Assembly (NCBI GenBank): GCA_045588595.1
Contig: JAZNEM010000024.1
Span: 1 to 42,434 of the forward strand
From: Eubacteriales bacterium
GTDB lineage: Bacteria > Bacillota > Clostridia > Oscillospirales > CAG-272
DNA: 42,434 bases
Reading direction: 5' to 3'
Below the pieces are notes generated by a model. The model was given only the letters and a program-made list of their open reading frames with translations, had not been told where the DNA came from and made no database searches. Positions 28,846-37,629 of this stretch are shown in pieces. The first letter of the stretch is position 1. Each line of letters opens with the position of its first letter. A program made the position numbers and the translations under genes.

Positions 28846-29304
28846 ATGAACGAATTTGATAAAGATAAAATGTTTATGCAACAAGCGCTTTTACTCGCAG
28901 AACGCGCTAAAAACGAGGGGGAAGTGCCTGTTGGCGCAATAGTAGTAAAAGATGGCGAGATTATCGGAAGCGGTTATAATTTACGTGAATCCAATGGAAT
29001 GGCTACAGCGCATGCAGAGATATTGGCAATAGAAGAAGCTTGTCGCAAGCTTGGAACTTGGAGACTTCTTGGCTGTACGCTTTACGTAACGCTTGAGCCT
29101 TGTCCGATGTGCGCAGGTGCGATAGTTAATTCAAGGATAGAACGTGTGGTATACGGAGTAAAGGATAGCTTAGCAGGTTGCTGCGGAAGCGTCATTGATT
29201 TCAACAGATATCCTTTTTCACATTCTTTTTCCTTGACAACAGGTATTTGTGAAGAGGAATGTTCTTTCTTGCTAAAGGAATTTTTTAAATCGAAAAGAAC
29301 ATAA
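28846..29304 (+). CDS. tadA: tRNA-specific adenosine deaminase TadA
   Basis: The HAEILAIEEA and PCPMCAGA zinc-binding motifs. Confidence 0.93.
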   Translation: MNEFDKDKMFMQQALLLAERAKNEGEVPVGAIVVKDGEIIGSGYNLRESNGMATAHAEILAIEEACRKLGTWRLLGCTLYVTLEPCPMCAGAIVNSRIERVVYGVKDSLAGCCGSVIDFNRYPFSHSFSLTTGICEEECSFLLKEFFKSKRT

Positions 29305-29343
29305 AAAATATCCGTTGATGCATTTGCATCAACGGATATTTTT
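29303..29343. terminator. Bidirectional intrinsic terminator between convergent tadA and the lipoprotein gene
   Basis: A 14-bp stem, ATATCCGTTGATGC (29308-29321) / GCATCAACGGATAT (29326-29339), flanked by A6 upstream and T5 downstream. Confidence 0.88.
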
Positions 29344-29357
29344 ATGGAAATCAGCAA

Positions 29358-30977
29358 TTATTTGCTAAAGGTATGATAGGTGTTTCCTGCAAGAGCTACG
29401 CCCTTCATTATAATAACGTCATCATCCGTAGAGGTAATAGACTCAAGGCGATAAGTGGTCGTTACAAGAAGAGTTCCTTCCGCATTGTAATATTTGTATT
29501 CGTTAGAAACAGTATTTACAAGGGAATAACCGATGCCGTCAACTATATCAAAAACAGTTGCATCGGCAGCAGTTTTGTTATAGGTGTAAACGGTAGTCTG
29601 GTCACCGTTGCAGAAAGAGATCACCTCATATCCCGTGTCGGTTTCTGCCTGAACGAAAACAGTATTGTTGACACTATCAAGTACGGTAGCATCGTTTTCG
29701 ATAAGATCGTAAACCACTTCAAGATCAAGATCATAGATATATCTGTCACTTACAAAGTACGAGCCACAAAGCTCAAGCGTTGTGTTCATGTTCTTTATAA
29801 CCTTACCCTTTGCGGTAATGATAGAAGAACCAACAATGGTCTCTACGAGGTAACGGTCATCACCGATCTTGGATATAGCATCAAAATCAGCTATCTGATT
29901 ATCTGCTATCTTCAAGGAATCAAGCGCTTTGCCTCTGTTATTCATGAATACAATGTCAAGGCTTGCTTTCGAATCATCTATCTTTTTATCAACAATAGGA
30001 GCGATTATAGCTATATTCTCAAAATTGTCGTTATAAGGAGAGGACTCGCCAAGATAGTTGTAATAAGTGTTTAATGAGTAATTGCTGCGAAGCGCTTTAA
30101 CGATGTAATCAAGGTTAACTTGAGTAGCCTTACCATTTTTAGCGTTGATTATCAAAGATACAAGATCGTATTTTCTTGTTTTACCGTTTTCACAAACAGA
30201 AATATCGTATTTTCTTTCGTCCTCATCGACCTCATACGTATATTGAGCAAATATATTTCCGTTGTTTAATACGGATACGGATAATTCCTCATAATAAGAG
30301 GGAGCAACGTAAGTAGATACTATATTAAAGGAGTGATCGTAAACAGCAATGGTATCGTCTTTATTTGCATAGTAATAATCGTCGTTCCAATCTACGATAT
30401 TATTTAATGCAATATACTCGGGAACGTCAACGGTTTGAGAAAGAGAACCGTCCTGATTGATCGTATATGCCGCATAGTCAAATATGCAGGTATCGTTGGT
30501 TATTCTCAAGGGCGCTTCGGGTTTATATTTTTCAATCGTTTTCAAGATCTCGCCGCTTGCATCGTACGCAGTATATATAACATCAATAACCGCATCAATG
30601 CCATCAACTATATCTTTAATAGAGGAATCCTCTTTCTTTTCAGTTTTAGTTACAAGAAGAATAGGTGCGGTCGGATAGAGATCAAATGTGAAAACACTTT
30701 CGGGTTCAGCAAAGGTTGCGATTATTCTGTTTGCTTTTAAGCTGAATACCTTGTACGAGGCAGCATCAGAATAAAAGATAACAAAGCTATCGTTTGATTC
30801 CAATACATTGTAACCTGTCAATTCGGACAAGGCACCTGAACTCTTATAAACGTCTTCCGATGGATCGTAATCCTTGTTCAAGAATTTGTTGACCGACGAT
30901 ATCGTTCCGCAAGCGTTAAGAACAGTTACGCAAACGAGAAGCGCCGCAACTACTAAAAGAAGTTTAGCCTTTTTCAT
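29358..30977 (-). CDS. Lipoprotein of unknown function (beta-rich, repeat-like)
   Basis: Signal peptide with lipobox MKKAKLLLVVAALLVCVTVLNAC-G, and AAGGAGG 5 nt upstream of ATG 30977. The track's longer start at 31043 would include the promoter -10. Confidence 0.8.
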   Translation of the reverse strand: MKKAKLLLVVAALLVCVTVLNACGTISSVNKFLNKDYDPSEDVYKSSGALSELTGYNVLESNDSFVIFYSDAASYKVFSLKANRIIATFAEPESVFTFDLYPTAPILLVTKTEKKEDSSIKDIVDGIDAVIDVIYTAYDASGEILKTIEKYKPEAPLRITNDTCIFDYAAYTINQDGSLSQTVDVPEYIALNNIVDWNDDYYYANKDDTIAVYDHSFNIVSTYVAPSYYEELSVSVLNNGNIFAQYTYEVDEDERKYDISVCENGKTRKYDLVSLIINAKNGKATQVNLDYIVKALRSNYSLNTYYNYLGESSPYNDNFENIAIIAPIVDKKIDDSKASLDIVFMNNRGKALDSLKIADNQIADFDAISKIGDDRYLVETIVGSSIITAKGKVIKNMNTTLELCGSYFVSDRYIYDLDLEVVYDLIENDATVLDSVNNTVFVQAETDTGYEVISFCNGDQTTVYTYNKTAADATVFDIVDGIGYSLVNTVSNEYKYYNAEGTLLVTTTYRLESITSTDDDVIIMKGVALAGNTYHTFSK

Positions 30978-31022
30978 AAAAGCCTCCTTAAAATAAATTT
31001 CAGAGTAAAAACTCTTTAAATT

Positions 31023-31051
31023 ATTATAGCATACATATACCAAAATGTCAA
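31023..31051 (-). promoter_or_regulatory. Consensus sigma-A promoter of the lipoprotein gene
   Basis: The minus strand reads TTGACA (31051-31046), 17-nt spacer, TGc-TATAAT (31028-31023). Confidence 0.75.
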
Positions 31052-31070
31052 TGTTTTTAACGATTTTTAA

Positions 31071-31095
31071 GTAAAAAAGAGGCTTAAAGCCTCTT
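31071..31095 (-). terminator. Intrinsic terminator of the 437-aa membrane protein gene
   Basis: The minus strand reads AAGAGGCT-TTA-AGCCTCTT followed by TTTTTTAC. The stop codon lies in the loop. Confidence 0.65.
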
Positions 31096-32397
31096 CTTTG
31101 TAAAGTATGGAATTATCTCTTTTGAGAGCACCGAATAGCATTCTATTGCAAACATAGCGAATACCGCTAAAGAATGTAATATAAAATATGCGGGCAAAAT
31201 AGTCAAGGTAAATAACAAGAAGAAGAACAGAACGGAGTAAAGCGTTCTTTTTTTCTTATCGATAGAATCGTAATCCTTTATAAATTGCATAAATGGGATT
31301 ATCTCAAATATTAGAACATAGAAATATGAGATCGAGGGGATCAATATCAAAACGGCAGATGCGATGACCGATCTTGAGAGCGATGATCTTGTAACAGTAG
31401 CAAGAAGCGAAGAGATAATAAATATAATAACCAAAACGGATATATTCAATACCGAGAAAAAGTTTCCGTTCCCACTTGATGGCGAAATAAACTCAAACAG
31501 CTTATACAGAATAGAAGTAAGCGAAAGGTTAGTTCCCGAAAGAAGATGGTGGGAGTCGGTAGCAAAAGAACCGAGATTTTTCATGAAATACGAAAAATCG
31601 GAAAGTCCCGCGCTGTAAATGAAGAATGAAAGGAACATTCCAATACAGAAATAAAAAGCTACTCGAACAGACGCGAATATTTTTTTATCGCGAAGCAGAA
31701 ATACACCAAAGAAAAGGGGATATATCTTGATAAGTCCCGCCAAAGCCAAGCAAATATAAGCTATTTCGCGCAAAACAGCATTAGAGCTATCTTTGAGCAA
31801 CATAAAGAAAAGAAGGAAGATCAGGGCGAAATAGATAGTATTTCCACGCATTATCGCATATACGAACGGTGAGGAAAATATAATTATCGAACCTACCTTA
31901 ACAGAGTTCTTTAAATCAAAGTGAAATATTTTTACTATCGCCAAAATTATAAGGGAAGTGCATATAACGAAAAACAGTACTATCGCTATCCAGAATTGAG
32001 GTGTAAGAACTACCTTTGAGGTGAGCTCATCGACCGTAAGGCCCTGTCCTGCATACATAGCAAAAACGTTCTTGCATATAAGCGCAAAAGGATATAGGAT
32101 AGCTATCGCAAAAGGAGGATATGAAGCCCCGCCTATCGCGTAAGGACTGTCCATAAGAGATGCGTCCATAATGGTTACGAAATCGGAGAAGATTCCAAGA
32201 AGCCAATCAAACGCATGGCTTCCGTTTGACAGTGAAGCGAAAGCGTAAACGTAATATAAAATTATTCCAAGCATTGCTGCCAGAACACCAATAACTGTTG
32301 CCGCAAAGAAGAAATTTACAACACGTTGCTGCCCATTGGAAAGAGCGTTGCTTGAAGCAAAAAATTTATTAAGTTTTGATTTTTCTTTTAAATTCAC
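31084..32397 (-). CDS. Polytopic membrane protein, GT-C / DUF2029 (GT87)-like putative glycosyltransferase
   Basis: About 12 TM helices. The first-loop pattern D..LGIFSDF....D......PY.....ASYPPFAIAILYPFA and the later LIKIYPLFF motif resemble DUF2029-type glycosyltransferases. Assigned from memory of the family pattern only. Confidence 0.6.
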   Translation of the reverse strand: MNLKEKSKLNKFFASSNALSNGQQRVVNFFFAATVIGVLAAMLGIILYYVYAFASLSNGSHAFDWLLGIFSDFVTIMDASLMDSPYAIGGASYPPFAIAILYPFALICKNVFAMYAGQGLTVDELTSKVVLTPQFWIAIVLFFVICTSLIILAIVKIFHFDLKNSVKVGSIIIFSSPFVYAIMRGNTIYFALIFLLFFMLLKDSSNAVLREIAYICLALAGLIKIYPLFFGVFLLRDKKIFASVRVAFYFCIGMFLSFFIYSAGLSDFSYFMKNLGSFATDSHHLLSGTNLSLTSILYKLFEFISPSSGNGNFFSVLNISVLVIIFIISSLLATVTRSSLSRSVIASAVLILIPSISYFYVLIFEIIPFMQFIKDYDSIDKKKRTLYSVLFFFLLFTLTILPAYFILHSLAVFAMFAIECYSVLSKEIIPYFTKKRL

Positions 32398-32459
32398 AAC
32401 TACGCTCCTTTCATTATAATAATATTCAACAAAATATATAATGCATTCACTTAAAAAAT

Positions 32460-32488
32460 ATTATAACATATATTATATAATTTGTCAA
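32460..32488 (-). promoter_or_regulatory. Consensus sigma-A promoter of the GT-C-like gene
   Basis: The minus strand reads TTGACA (32488-32483), 17-nt spacer, TGt-TATAAT (32465-32460). Confidence 0.75.
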
Positions 32489-32569
32489 TCTTTTATCGAA
32501 ATATTATTTTTACATATTCGTCACAAAAAAATCATATTTCCAAAATCTTTAACAATTGTCATTTAATAC

Positions 32570-32598
32570 TTGAAATTAGCGCTGATAAATGATATAAT
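32570..32598 (+). promoter_or_regulatory. Sigma-A promoter of rsmE
   Basis: TTGAAA (32570-32575), 17-nt spacer, TGa-TATAAT (32590-32598). Confidence 0.7.
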
Positions 32599-32632
32599 AT
32601 TATGAAAATAAAAAAAAAATCAGGAGATCATC

Positions 32633-33379
32633 ATGCCTCGTTTTTTCGTAAAACAAGATCAAATAAACGATACTTCAATAATTATATGCGGAGAGGACGC
32701 ACATCATATAGCGCGTTCCTTGCGAATGGCAGTAGGAGATGATCTGACCGTTTGCGATATGCGCGGCAACGAATATGATTGCGTTATAACCGATTTTGAT
32801 GACGATTTACAGGTTACGGTGAAAATACGTACAAAAACTCATTCGGAAAACGAATCACCGATATATATAAGACTTTTTCAAGCTTTGCCCAAAGGAGATA
32901 AACTCGATACGATAATTCAAAAAGCGGTTGAGTGTGGTGTTTCGGAAATTATCCCGTTTGAAAGTGAGAGATGTGTCGTTCGTGTAAAGCAAGATGTTGA
33001 GGACAGAAAGACCGAACGAAGAAATCGCATCGCTGCAGAAGCGGCAAAGCAGTGCGGCAGAAGCGTTTTGCCTACTGTGAACAAAAGTGTCAATTTTTCG
33101 CAAATGCTTGAAATGGCTTCAAAAAGCGAAGTGCTTCTGTTTTGCTATGAGGGGGATGGAACGGTAGCGCTCGGCAACATTCTTGATGAATGGAAAAGTA
33201 AAATGCCCGAAAGCGTATCTGTTGTAATAGGTAGCGAGGGGGGATTTTCAATATCCGAAACGCAAAAGGCTGTAGATGCAGGAATGTGCCTGACTGGACT
33301 TGGAAAAAGAATACTACGGACAGAGACCGCTTCGGGATTCGTTCTTGCTTGCATCGCTTGCGCGTGTGAATTACATTAA
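32633..33379 (+). CDS. rsmE: 16S rRNA (uracil1498-N3)-methyltransferase RsmE
   Basis: MPRFFV N-terminus, a PUA-like N-terminal domain, and the SPOUT C-terminal motifs IGSEGGFS and RILRTETA. Confidence 0.9.
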   Translation: MPRFFVKQDQINDTSIIICGEDAHHIARSLRMAVGDDLTVCDMRGNEYDCVITDFDDDLQVTVKIRTKTHSENESPIYIRLFQALPKGDKLDTIIQKAVECGVSEIIPFESERCVVRVKQDVEDRKTERRNRIAAEAAKQCGRSVLPTVNKSVNFSQMLEMASKSEVLLFCYEGDGTVALGNILDEWKSKMPESVSVVIGSEGGFSISETQKAVDAGMCLTGLGKRILRTETASGFVLACIACACELH

Positions 33380-33465
33380 ATAAAATTATTGTTGACCGAT
33401 TTTCAATTATACATTAATAAATTACAAAAAAATAAAGAAATTTATAAAAAATATCAAAAATGCTA

Positions 33466-33494
33466 TTGAAAAACCACAAAAAATAGTGTATAAT
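33466..33494 (+). promoter_or_regulatory. Sigma-A promoter of the PucR-type regulator gene, with phased A-tracts upstream
   Basis: TTGAAA (33466-33471), 17-nt spacer, TATAAT (33489-33494). A-tracts centred near 33429, 33439, 33448 and 33458 have a period of about 10 bp. Confidence 0.7.
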
Positions 33495-33538
33495 ATAGGA
33501 TAGTATACACAATTATCTAAAAAATGCGAGGTTTCAGT

Positions 33539-34624
33539 ATGTCTAACAGATTGTTTCAAGGCGTAATATATCAAATGAAGGATGCATTTGACCGTATTAT
33601 CGGTGTAATTGATGAAAACGGTATTATAATATCTTGCTCCGATTTAGGAAAAATGGGAGACGTTCGCCAAGGTGTGCGCGAGGAGCTTTCGTTTTCTTCC
33701 GAATTTATAACGATAGACGGTTATACATATAGATATATGGGTATGGGCCAGAAAAACGAATATATAGTTTTCGTTGAGGGCGAGGACAAGATGGCAGAGA
33801 AGATGTCCAAGCTTCTTGCTATATCGCTCGGCAACATAAAGAGTCTGTACGACGAAAAATACGATAAAGCCTCTTTCATAAAAAATATAATTTTGGATAA
33901 TATCCTTTCAAGTGACATTTATATCAAATCCAAGGAATTGCATTTCAATACAGAGGAGCTTCGTATAGTTTTCCTTATTAAATTCTACGGCAAGACCGAT
34001 ATGATGCCCTTTGAGATGCTTCAAAATATGTTTCCCGACAAGTCTAAGGACTACGTTATCAGCGTAGGTGAGCACGATATCGTTCTCGTTAAGGAGCTCA
34101 AAGCGGGAACTGAAATGCGCGATATCGAAAAGATAGCCGTAAATATCGCTGATACTCTGTCCTCTGAATTTTACACCAAGGTATCTATCGGTATCTCTAC
34201 TATCGTTGACAATATCAAGGATCTTGCAAAGGCATATCAGGAAGCGCAGGTCGCTCTTGAGGTCGGCAAGGTATTTGAGACAGAGAAGAATATTATAAGC
34301 TATGAGAATCTTGGTATAGGAAGACTTATTTATCAGCTTCCTACCACTCTTTGTGAAATGTTCTTGCAGGAGGTATTCAAGAAGGGAAGCCTTGATTCAC
34401 TCGATCGCGAGACTCTTATGACGATCCAGAGCTTTTTTGAGAATAACCTCAACGTTTCCGAAACGTCAAGAAAACTTTTTGTTCACAGAAATACGCTTGT
34501 TTACCGATTGGAAAAGATCCGCAAGCTTACAGGACTTGACCTTCGTGAGTTTGAACACGCTATTACATTCAAGGTCGCTCTTATGGTAAGAAAGTACCTT
34601 GATTCCAAGCCCGTCAAGTTTTAA
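33539..34624 (+). CDS. PucR/CdaR-family transcriptional regulator
   Basis: C-terminal PucR HTH (NVSETSRKLFVHRNTLVYRLEKIRKLTGLD). SD GAGGT at 33528-33532 favours ATG 33539. Confidence 0.8.
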   Translation: MSNRLFQGVIYQMKDAFDRIIGVIDENGIIISCSDLGKMGDVRQGVREELSFSSEFITIDGYTYRYMGMGQKNEYIVFVEGEDKMAEKMSKLLAISLGNIKSLYDEKYDKASFIKNIILDNILSSDIYIKSKELHFNTEELRIVFLIKFYGKTDMMPFEMLQNMFPDKSKDYVISVGEHDIVLVKELKAGTEMRDIEKIAVNIADTLSSEFYTKVSIGISTIVDNIKDLAKAYQEAQVALEVGKVFETEKNIISYENLGIGRLIYQLPTTLCEMFLQEVFKKGSLDSLDRETLMTIQSFFENNLNVSETSRKLFVHRNTLVYRLEKIRKLTGLDLREFEHAITFKVALMVRKYLDSKPVKF

Positions 34625-34636
34625 TTTTTATCAGTT

Positions 34637-34680
34637 GCGAAAGGGCAGTTGCTTTGATTTAGCACCCCCTTTCGCTTTTG
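34637..34680 (+). terminator. Intrinsic terminator after the regulator gene
   Basis: GCGAAAGGG (34637-34645) pairs with CCCTTTCGC (34667-34675) around an internally paired loop, followed by TTTT. Confidence 0.65.
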
Positions 34681-34817
34681 AATGCTTTGCTGTTTGGATA
34701 AATACGTTCAAATGTGCATAAAAATAAATCAACCGTAAAGTTCTGTGACATTTGAGTTTTTCTCAAAGCTGTCTCGCAAAGAGAAGCTTCTAAAAAATAA
34801 AATGGAGAATTATCGAA

Positions 34818-36296
34818 ATGTCTGAAAAAAACAATGAACAAGAGTTCGAAGAAAATACGTCCGATGCTAACGAATCAAACGACCTGCTTTCAGAAATAAC
34901 CGCAGAAAACAGAGCTATCTTTCGAACCGATAACGATATAGAAGACGAACCGCTTGAATTGCCAAAGAAAAAAGAAAAAAAGATATCCTTAGGCGTGTTT
35001 GCTCTTACGTGTATTGCACTCGTTCTTGCGGCAGTAATGATAACGTACACTTGCTGTTCGGGCTTTTACCGCAAGAAAATAGCGGAAATACAAGTACAAA
35101 ATGCTATAACAGGCATATCAGGGGATTCAACCGAGCTGTTGGATAGGCTTAATACCTTGTGTAGAATATTTGAGGGACTTTCTATTACCGATTACGACTC
35201 TGAAGTGATGATGAACGAAGTTCTGAAAGCTTATGTAAGGTCAAGCGGCGACAGATACGCGGATTATTATACCGCGGACGAATATCTTGAATTGACACGC
35301 GCAAATACGGGGGCTTCCCAAGGAATAGGAATAAGTATAGTACAGACGTCAACCGTTATCGACGGAGTTGAACGTGTCACTATAAAAATAATAAACGTAA
35401 CAAGAAATTCACCTGCTGAAGAAGCAGGGCTTAAAATCAACGACCTTATCATTTGCGTGGGTATCGGTGAAAACAAGAAAACGATAGAAGATATCGGTGG
35501 ATACGCATTAGCCGTTGCGGCTATGCAAGGCGAGGCAGGTACTAATGCGGAGTTTACGGTTCGTCGCTTTAACACTAACGGTGGCTATGAGGACGTTGAG
35601 TATTCTATCCCCAGAGAAGAGTTTACTGCAGATGCAGTATTTCATCGCGTATGCTCCTTTGATTCGAGTGTAGGTATAGTTAAAATAGATTCCTTCGATC
35701 TTACGACCCCTACATCACTTAAAACATCTATAGCTTCATTAAAGGGCGCGGGTTGTACGAAATTCGTTTTCGACGTTCGATTTAATCCGGGAGGAGACCT
35801 CAGATCCATAGAAGCAGTTTTGAGCTACTTCTTGAATGAAGGGGATACGATAATAAAAACAGTAGATAAACAGGGTGTTGAAGAGATATCGGTCGTTAAG
35901 CCTGTTGAGTATGAGGACGAGTATGCTTCTTGCAGTGTGAAAAAAGAAGAGATAGGCATGTATCGAGACCTTGATTTCGTGGTTTTAACCAATGGCAGCA
36001 CCGCAAGCGCGGCAGAGCTTTTTACGGCAGCGTTACGCGATTATGACCTTTGTGATATCATAGGAACAACGACTTACGGAAAGGGAAGCGTTCAGTCGAT
36101 CTTCCCATTAAAATACGGAGCTCAGGGAGCTGTAAAGCTTACCACAAAAATGTATTATCCCCCTTGTAACGTAAGTTACGATGGAAAGGGTATAACTCCC
36201 GATGTGACTGTTGAGCTTAACGACGGAGTTAATATTTACGATACCGATAATAGCAAAGACAATCAACTTGTAGAGGCTATAAAGTATATAAAATAA
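34818..36296 (+). CDS. S41 family carboxy-terminal processing peptidase (Ctp), membrane-anchored
   Basis: An acidic N-terminus, one TM helix and a PDZ-like segment (SPAEEAGLKINDLI), followed by the S41 motifs FDVRFNPGG, NGSTASAAE and TTYGKGSVQ. Confidence 0.87.
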   Translation: MSEKNNEQEFEENTSDANESNDLLSEITAENRAIFRTDNDIEDEPLELPKKKEKKISLGVFALTCIALVLAAVMITYTCCSGFYRKKIAEIQVQNAITGISGDSTELLDRLNTLCRIFEGLSITDYDSEVMMNEVLKAYVRSSGDRYADYYTADEYLELTRANTGASQGIGISIVQTSTVIDGVERVTIKIINVTRNSPAEEAGLKINDLIICVGIGENKKTIEDIGGYALAVAAMQGEAGTNAEFTVRRFNTNGGYEDVEYSIPREEFTADAVFHRVCSFDSSVGIVKIDSFDLTTPTSLKTSIASLKGAGCTKFVFDVRFNPGGDLRSIEAVLSYFLNEGDTIIKTVDKQGVEEISVVKPVEYEDEYASCSVKKEEIGMYRDLDFVVLTNGSTASAAELFTAALRDYDLCDIIGTTTYGKGSVQSIFPLKYGAQGAVKLTTKMYYPPCNVSYDGKGITPDVTVELNDGVNIYDTDNSKDNQLVEAIKYIK

Positions 36297-36330
36297 GCAT
36301 AATTTTGATAAAGTATAAAGGAGAGAAAAA

Positions 36331-36795
36331 ATGGCAGAACAAAAGTATACGCACGAAGGTTTCCAACAGTTAAAGGACGAATATGAGCGCCGAACAAAGG
36401 TTGACCGCAAGAGGATACTTGAGGCAATAGAGGAAGCAAGATCCTTTGGTGACCTTTCCGAGAACGCGGAATACAGCGCGGCTAAAGACGAGCAGGCGCG
36501 TAACGACCACCGTATTCAAGAGCTTGAATATCTCATAGAGCACGCTATCGTAGTTGACGATGAGCTTGACGCAGACGTAGTCGGTCTTGGCTCTTTCGTT
36601 ACCGTTGAGAGAGACGGCAAAGAGACACAGTACAAAATAGTCGGCTCAAACGAAGCGAATCCTTTTGAAAATAAGCTTTCTGATATGTCTCCCGTAGGAA
36701 GAGCTTTGATCGGCTCAAAGGTTGGAGATAGCGTTAAGGTAGGCGTTCCCGCAGGTACGATCGAATTTAAGGTCGTAGCAATATCTAAGTCGTAA
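36331..36795 (+). CDS. greA: Transcription elongation factor GreA
   Basis: FGDLSENAEYSAAKDEQ motif and the C-terminal S.SPVGRALIG..VGD motif. Confidence 0.95.
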   Translation: MAEQKYTHEGFQQLKDEYERRTKVDRKRILEAIEEARSFGDLSENAEYSAAKDEQARNDHRIQELEYLIEHAIVVDDELDADVVGLGSFVTVERDGKETQYKIVGSNEANPFENKLSDMSPVGRALIGSKVGDSVKVGVPAGTIEFKVVAISKS

Positions 36796-36805
36796 TAAAT
36801 CTTCT

Positions 36806-36832
36806 GCGGCGGTCTGAGTACCGCCGCTTTTG
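36806..36832 (+). terminator. Intrinsic terminator after greA
   Basis: GCGGCGG / 8-nt loop / CCGCCGC, followed by TTTT. Confidence 0.8.
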
Positions 36833-36858
36833 GTATACTTTTTACTTGGAGGTTTATA

Positions 36859-37602
36859 ATGGAACAAAATAATGAAAAGATACAAGACCAAGGAATATAC
36901 ATAAAAAAAGACGAAAAGGTTACTTGGGCAGAAAATTTTTGGTATCACTATAAGTGGGCGATAATCGGAATAGTGGTAGCCGCTGTCATATTGTTTGTCT
37001 GTATAGTACAGTCTTGCACGAAGCGCGAGGAGGATATACTTATCGTATACGCAGGACCTGCGTATCTGTCTCAAACAGAGCTTGCATCGGTCGTTGAGGT
37101 AATGGGCAACACGATGCCTCGTGACTTTGATGATAACGGAGATAAGTTCGTTATTTTTGATATGTTTCAGATATTCTCCGAGGAGCAGATAAAGGAAATA
37201 ACCGCGCAAACAGACGCAAACGGAAAGCAAGGCTACGTTGACAGAGCGAGAAATAGCAATAATTACGACCAATACAATAAATATGTGCTTACAGGAGATA
37301 GCTCGATATATTTCCTTGATCCGTCGCTGTATCAAACGCTAAAGACAAACGACCGACTTTGTAAACTGACAGACGTTCTTACGGAGACTCCAGAGGGAGC
37401 TATCGACGAATACGGAGTAAGGCTTGGAGACACCGCGCTTTATAAAGAATACGGCGTTCTTCGCGTACTTCCCGCGGATACCGTGATATGCATCGCGAGA
37501 CCGTTTGTAGCAGGAACTAAAACAAGTAAAGAAAAGTATTATAACAGAGAAAAAGAAATGTTCTCGGCTATCGTGGACGAGCCTCTTAAGACCGAAGATT
37601 GA
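36859..37602 (+). CDS. Hypothetical N-terminally anchored extracytoplasmic protein (247 aa)
   Basis: GGAGG at 36849-36853 precedes ATG 36859. There is a single TM helix (WAIIGIVVAAVILFVCIV). I recognise no family. Confidence 0.6.
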   Translation: MEQNNEKIQDQGIYIKKDEKVTWAENFWYHYKWAIIGIVVAAVILFVCIVQSCTKREEDILIVYAGPAYLSQTELASVVEVMGNTMPRDFDDNGDKFVIFDMFQIFSEEQIKEITAQTDANGKQGYVDRARNSNNYDQYNKYVLTGDSSIYFLDPSLYQTLKTNDRLCKLTDVLTETPEGAIDEYGVRLGDTALYKEYGVLRVLPADTVICIARPFVAGTKTSKEKYYNREKEMFSAIVDEPLKTED

Positions 37603-37629
37603 ACAAGCTTTTAAAGGAAGAACATACTA

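Noticed and set aside
29373-30074. A 233-aa + strand ORF overlapping the lipoprotein gene.
   Set aside because: The minus-strand frame has a promoter, an SD, a signal peptide with lipobox and a terminator. The + strand ORF has none of these.
32610-32619. An A10 homopolymer in the rsmE leader as a possible phase-variation tract, together with the short upstream ORF starting at 32602.
   Set aside because: The tract lies in the untranslated leader between the predicted transcription start and the SD, so slippage would not change a reading frame. The upstream ORF starts at or before the predicted transcription start and has no SD.
32398-32632. A very AT-rich 235-bp region considered as a dif site, replication-related site or mobile-element junction.
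   Set aside because: I found no match to the Firmicute dif consensus as I recall it, no direct or inverted terminal repeats, and no integrase nearby. Two divergent promoters fully explain the region.
36715-37335. A 206-aa minus-strand ORF overlapping the greA end and the 36859-37602 gene.
   Set aside because: It crosses the greA terminator and the greA 3' end and has no SD. The + strand ORF has a strong SD and a sensible TM-plus-soluble architecture.
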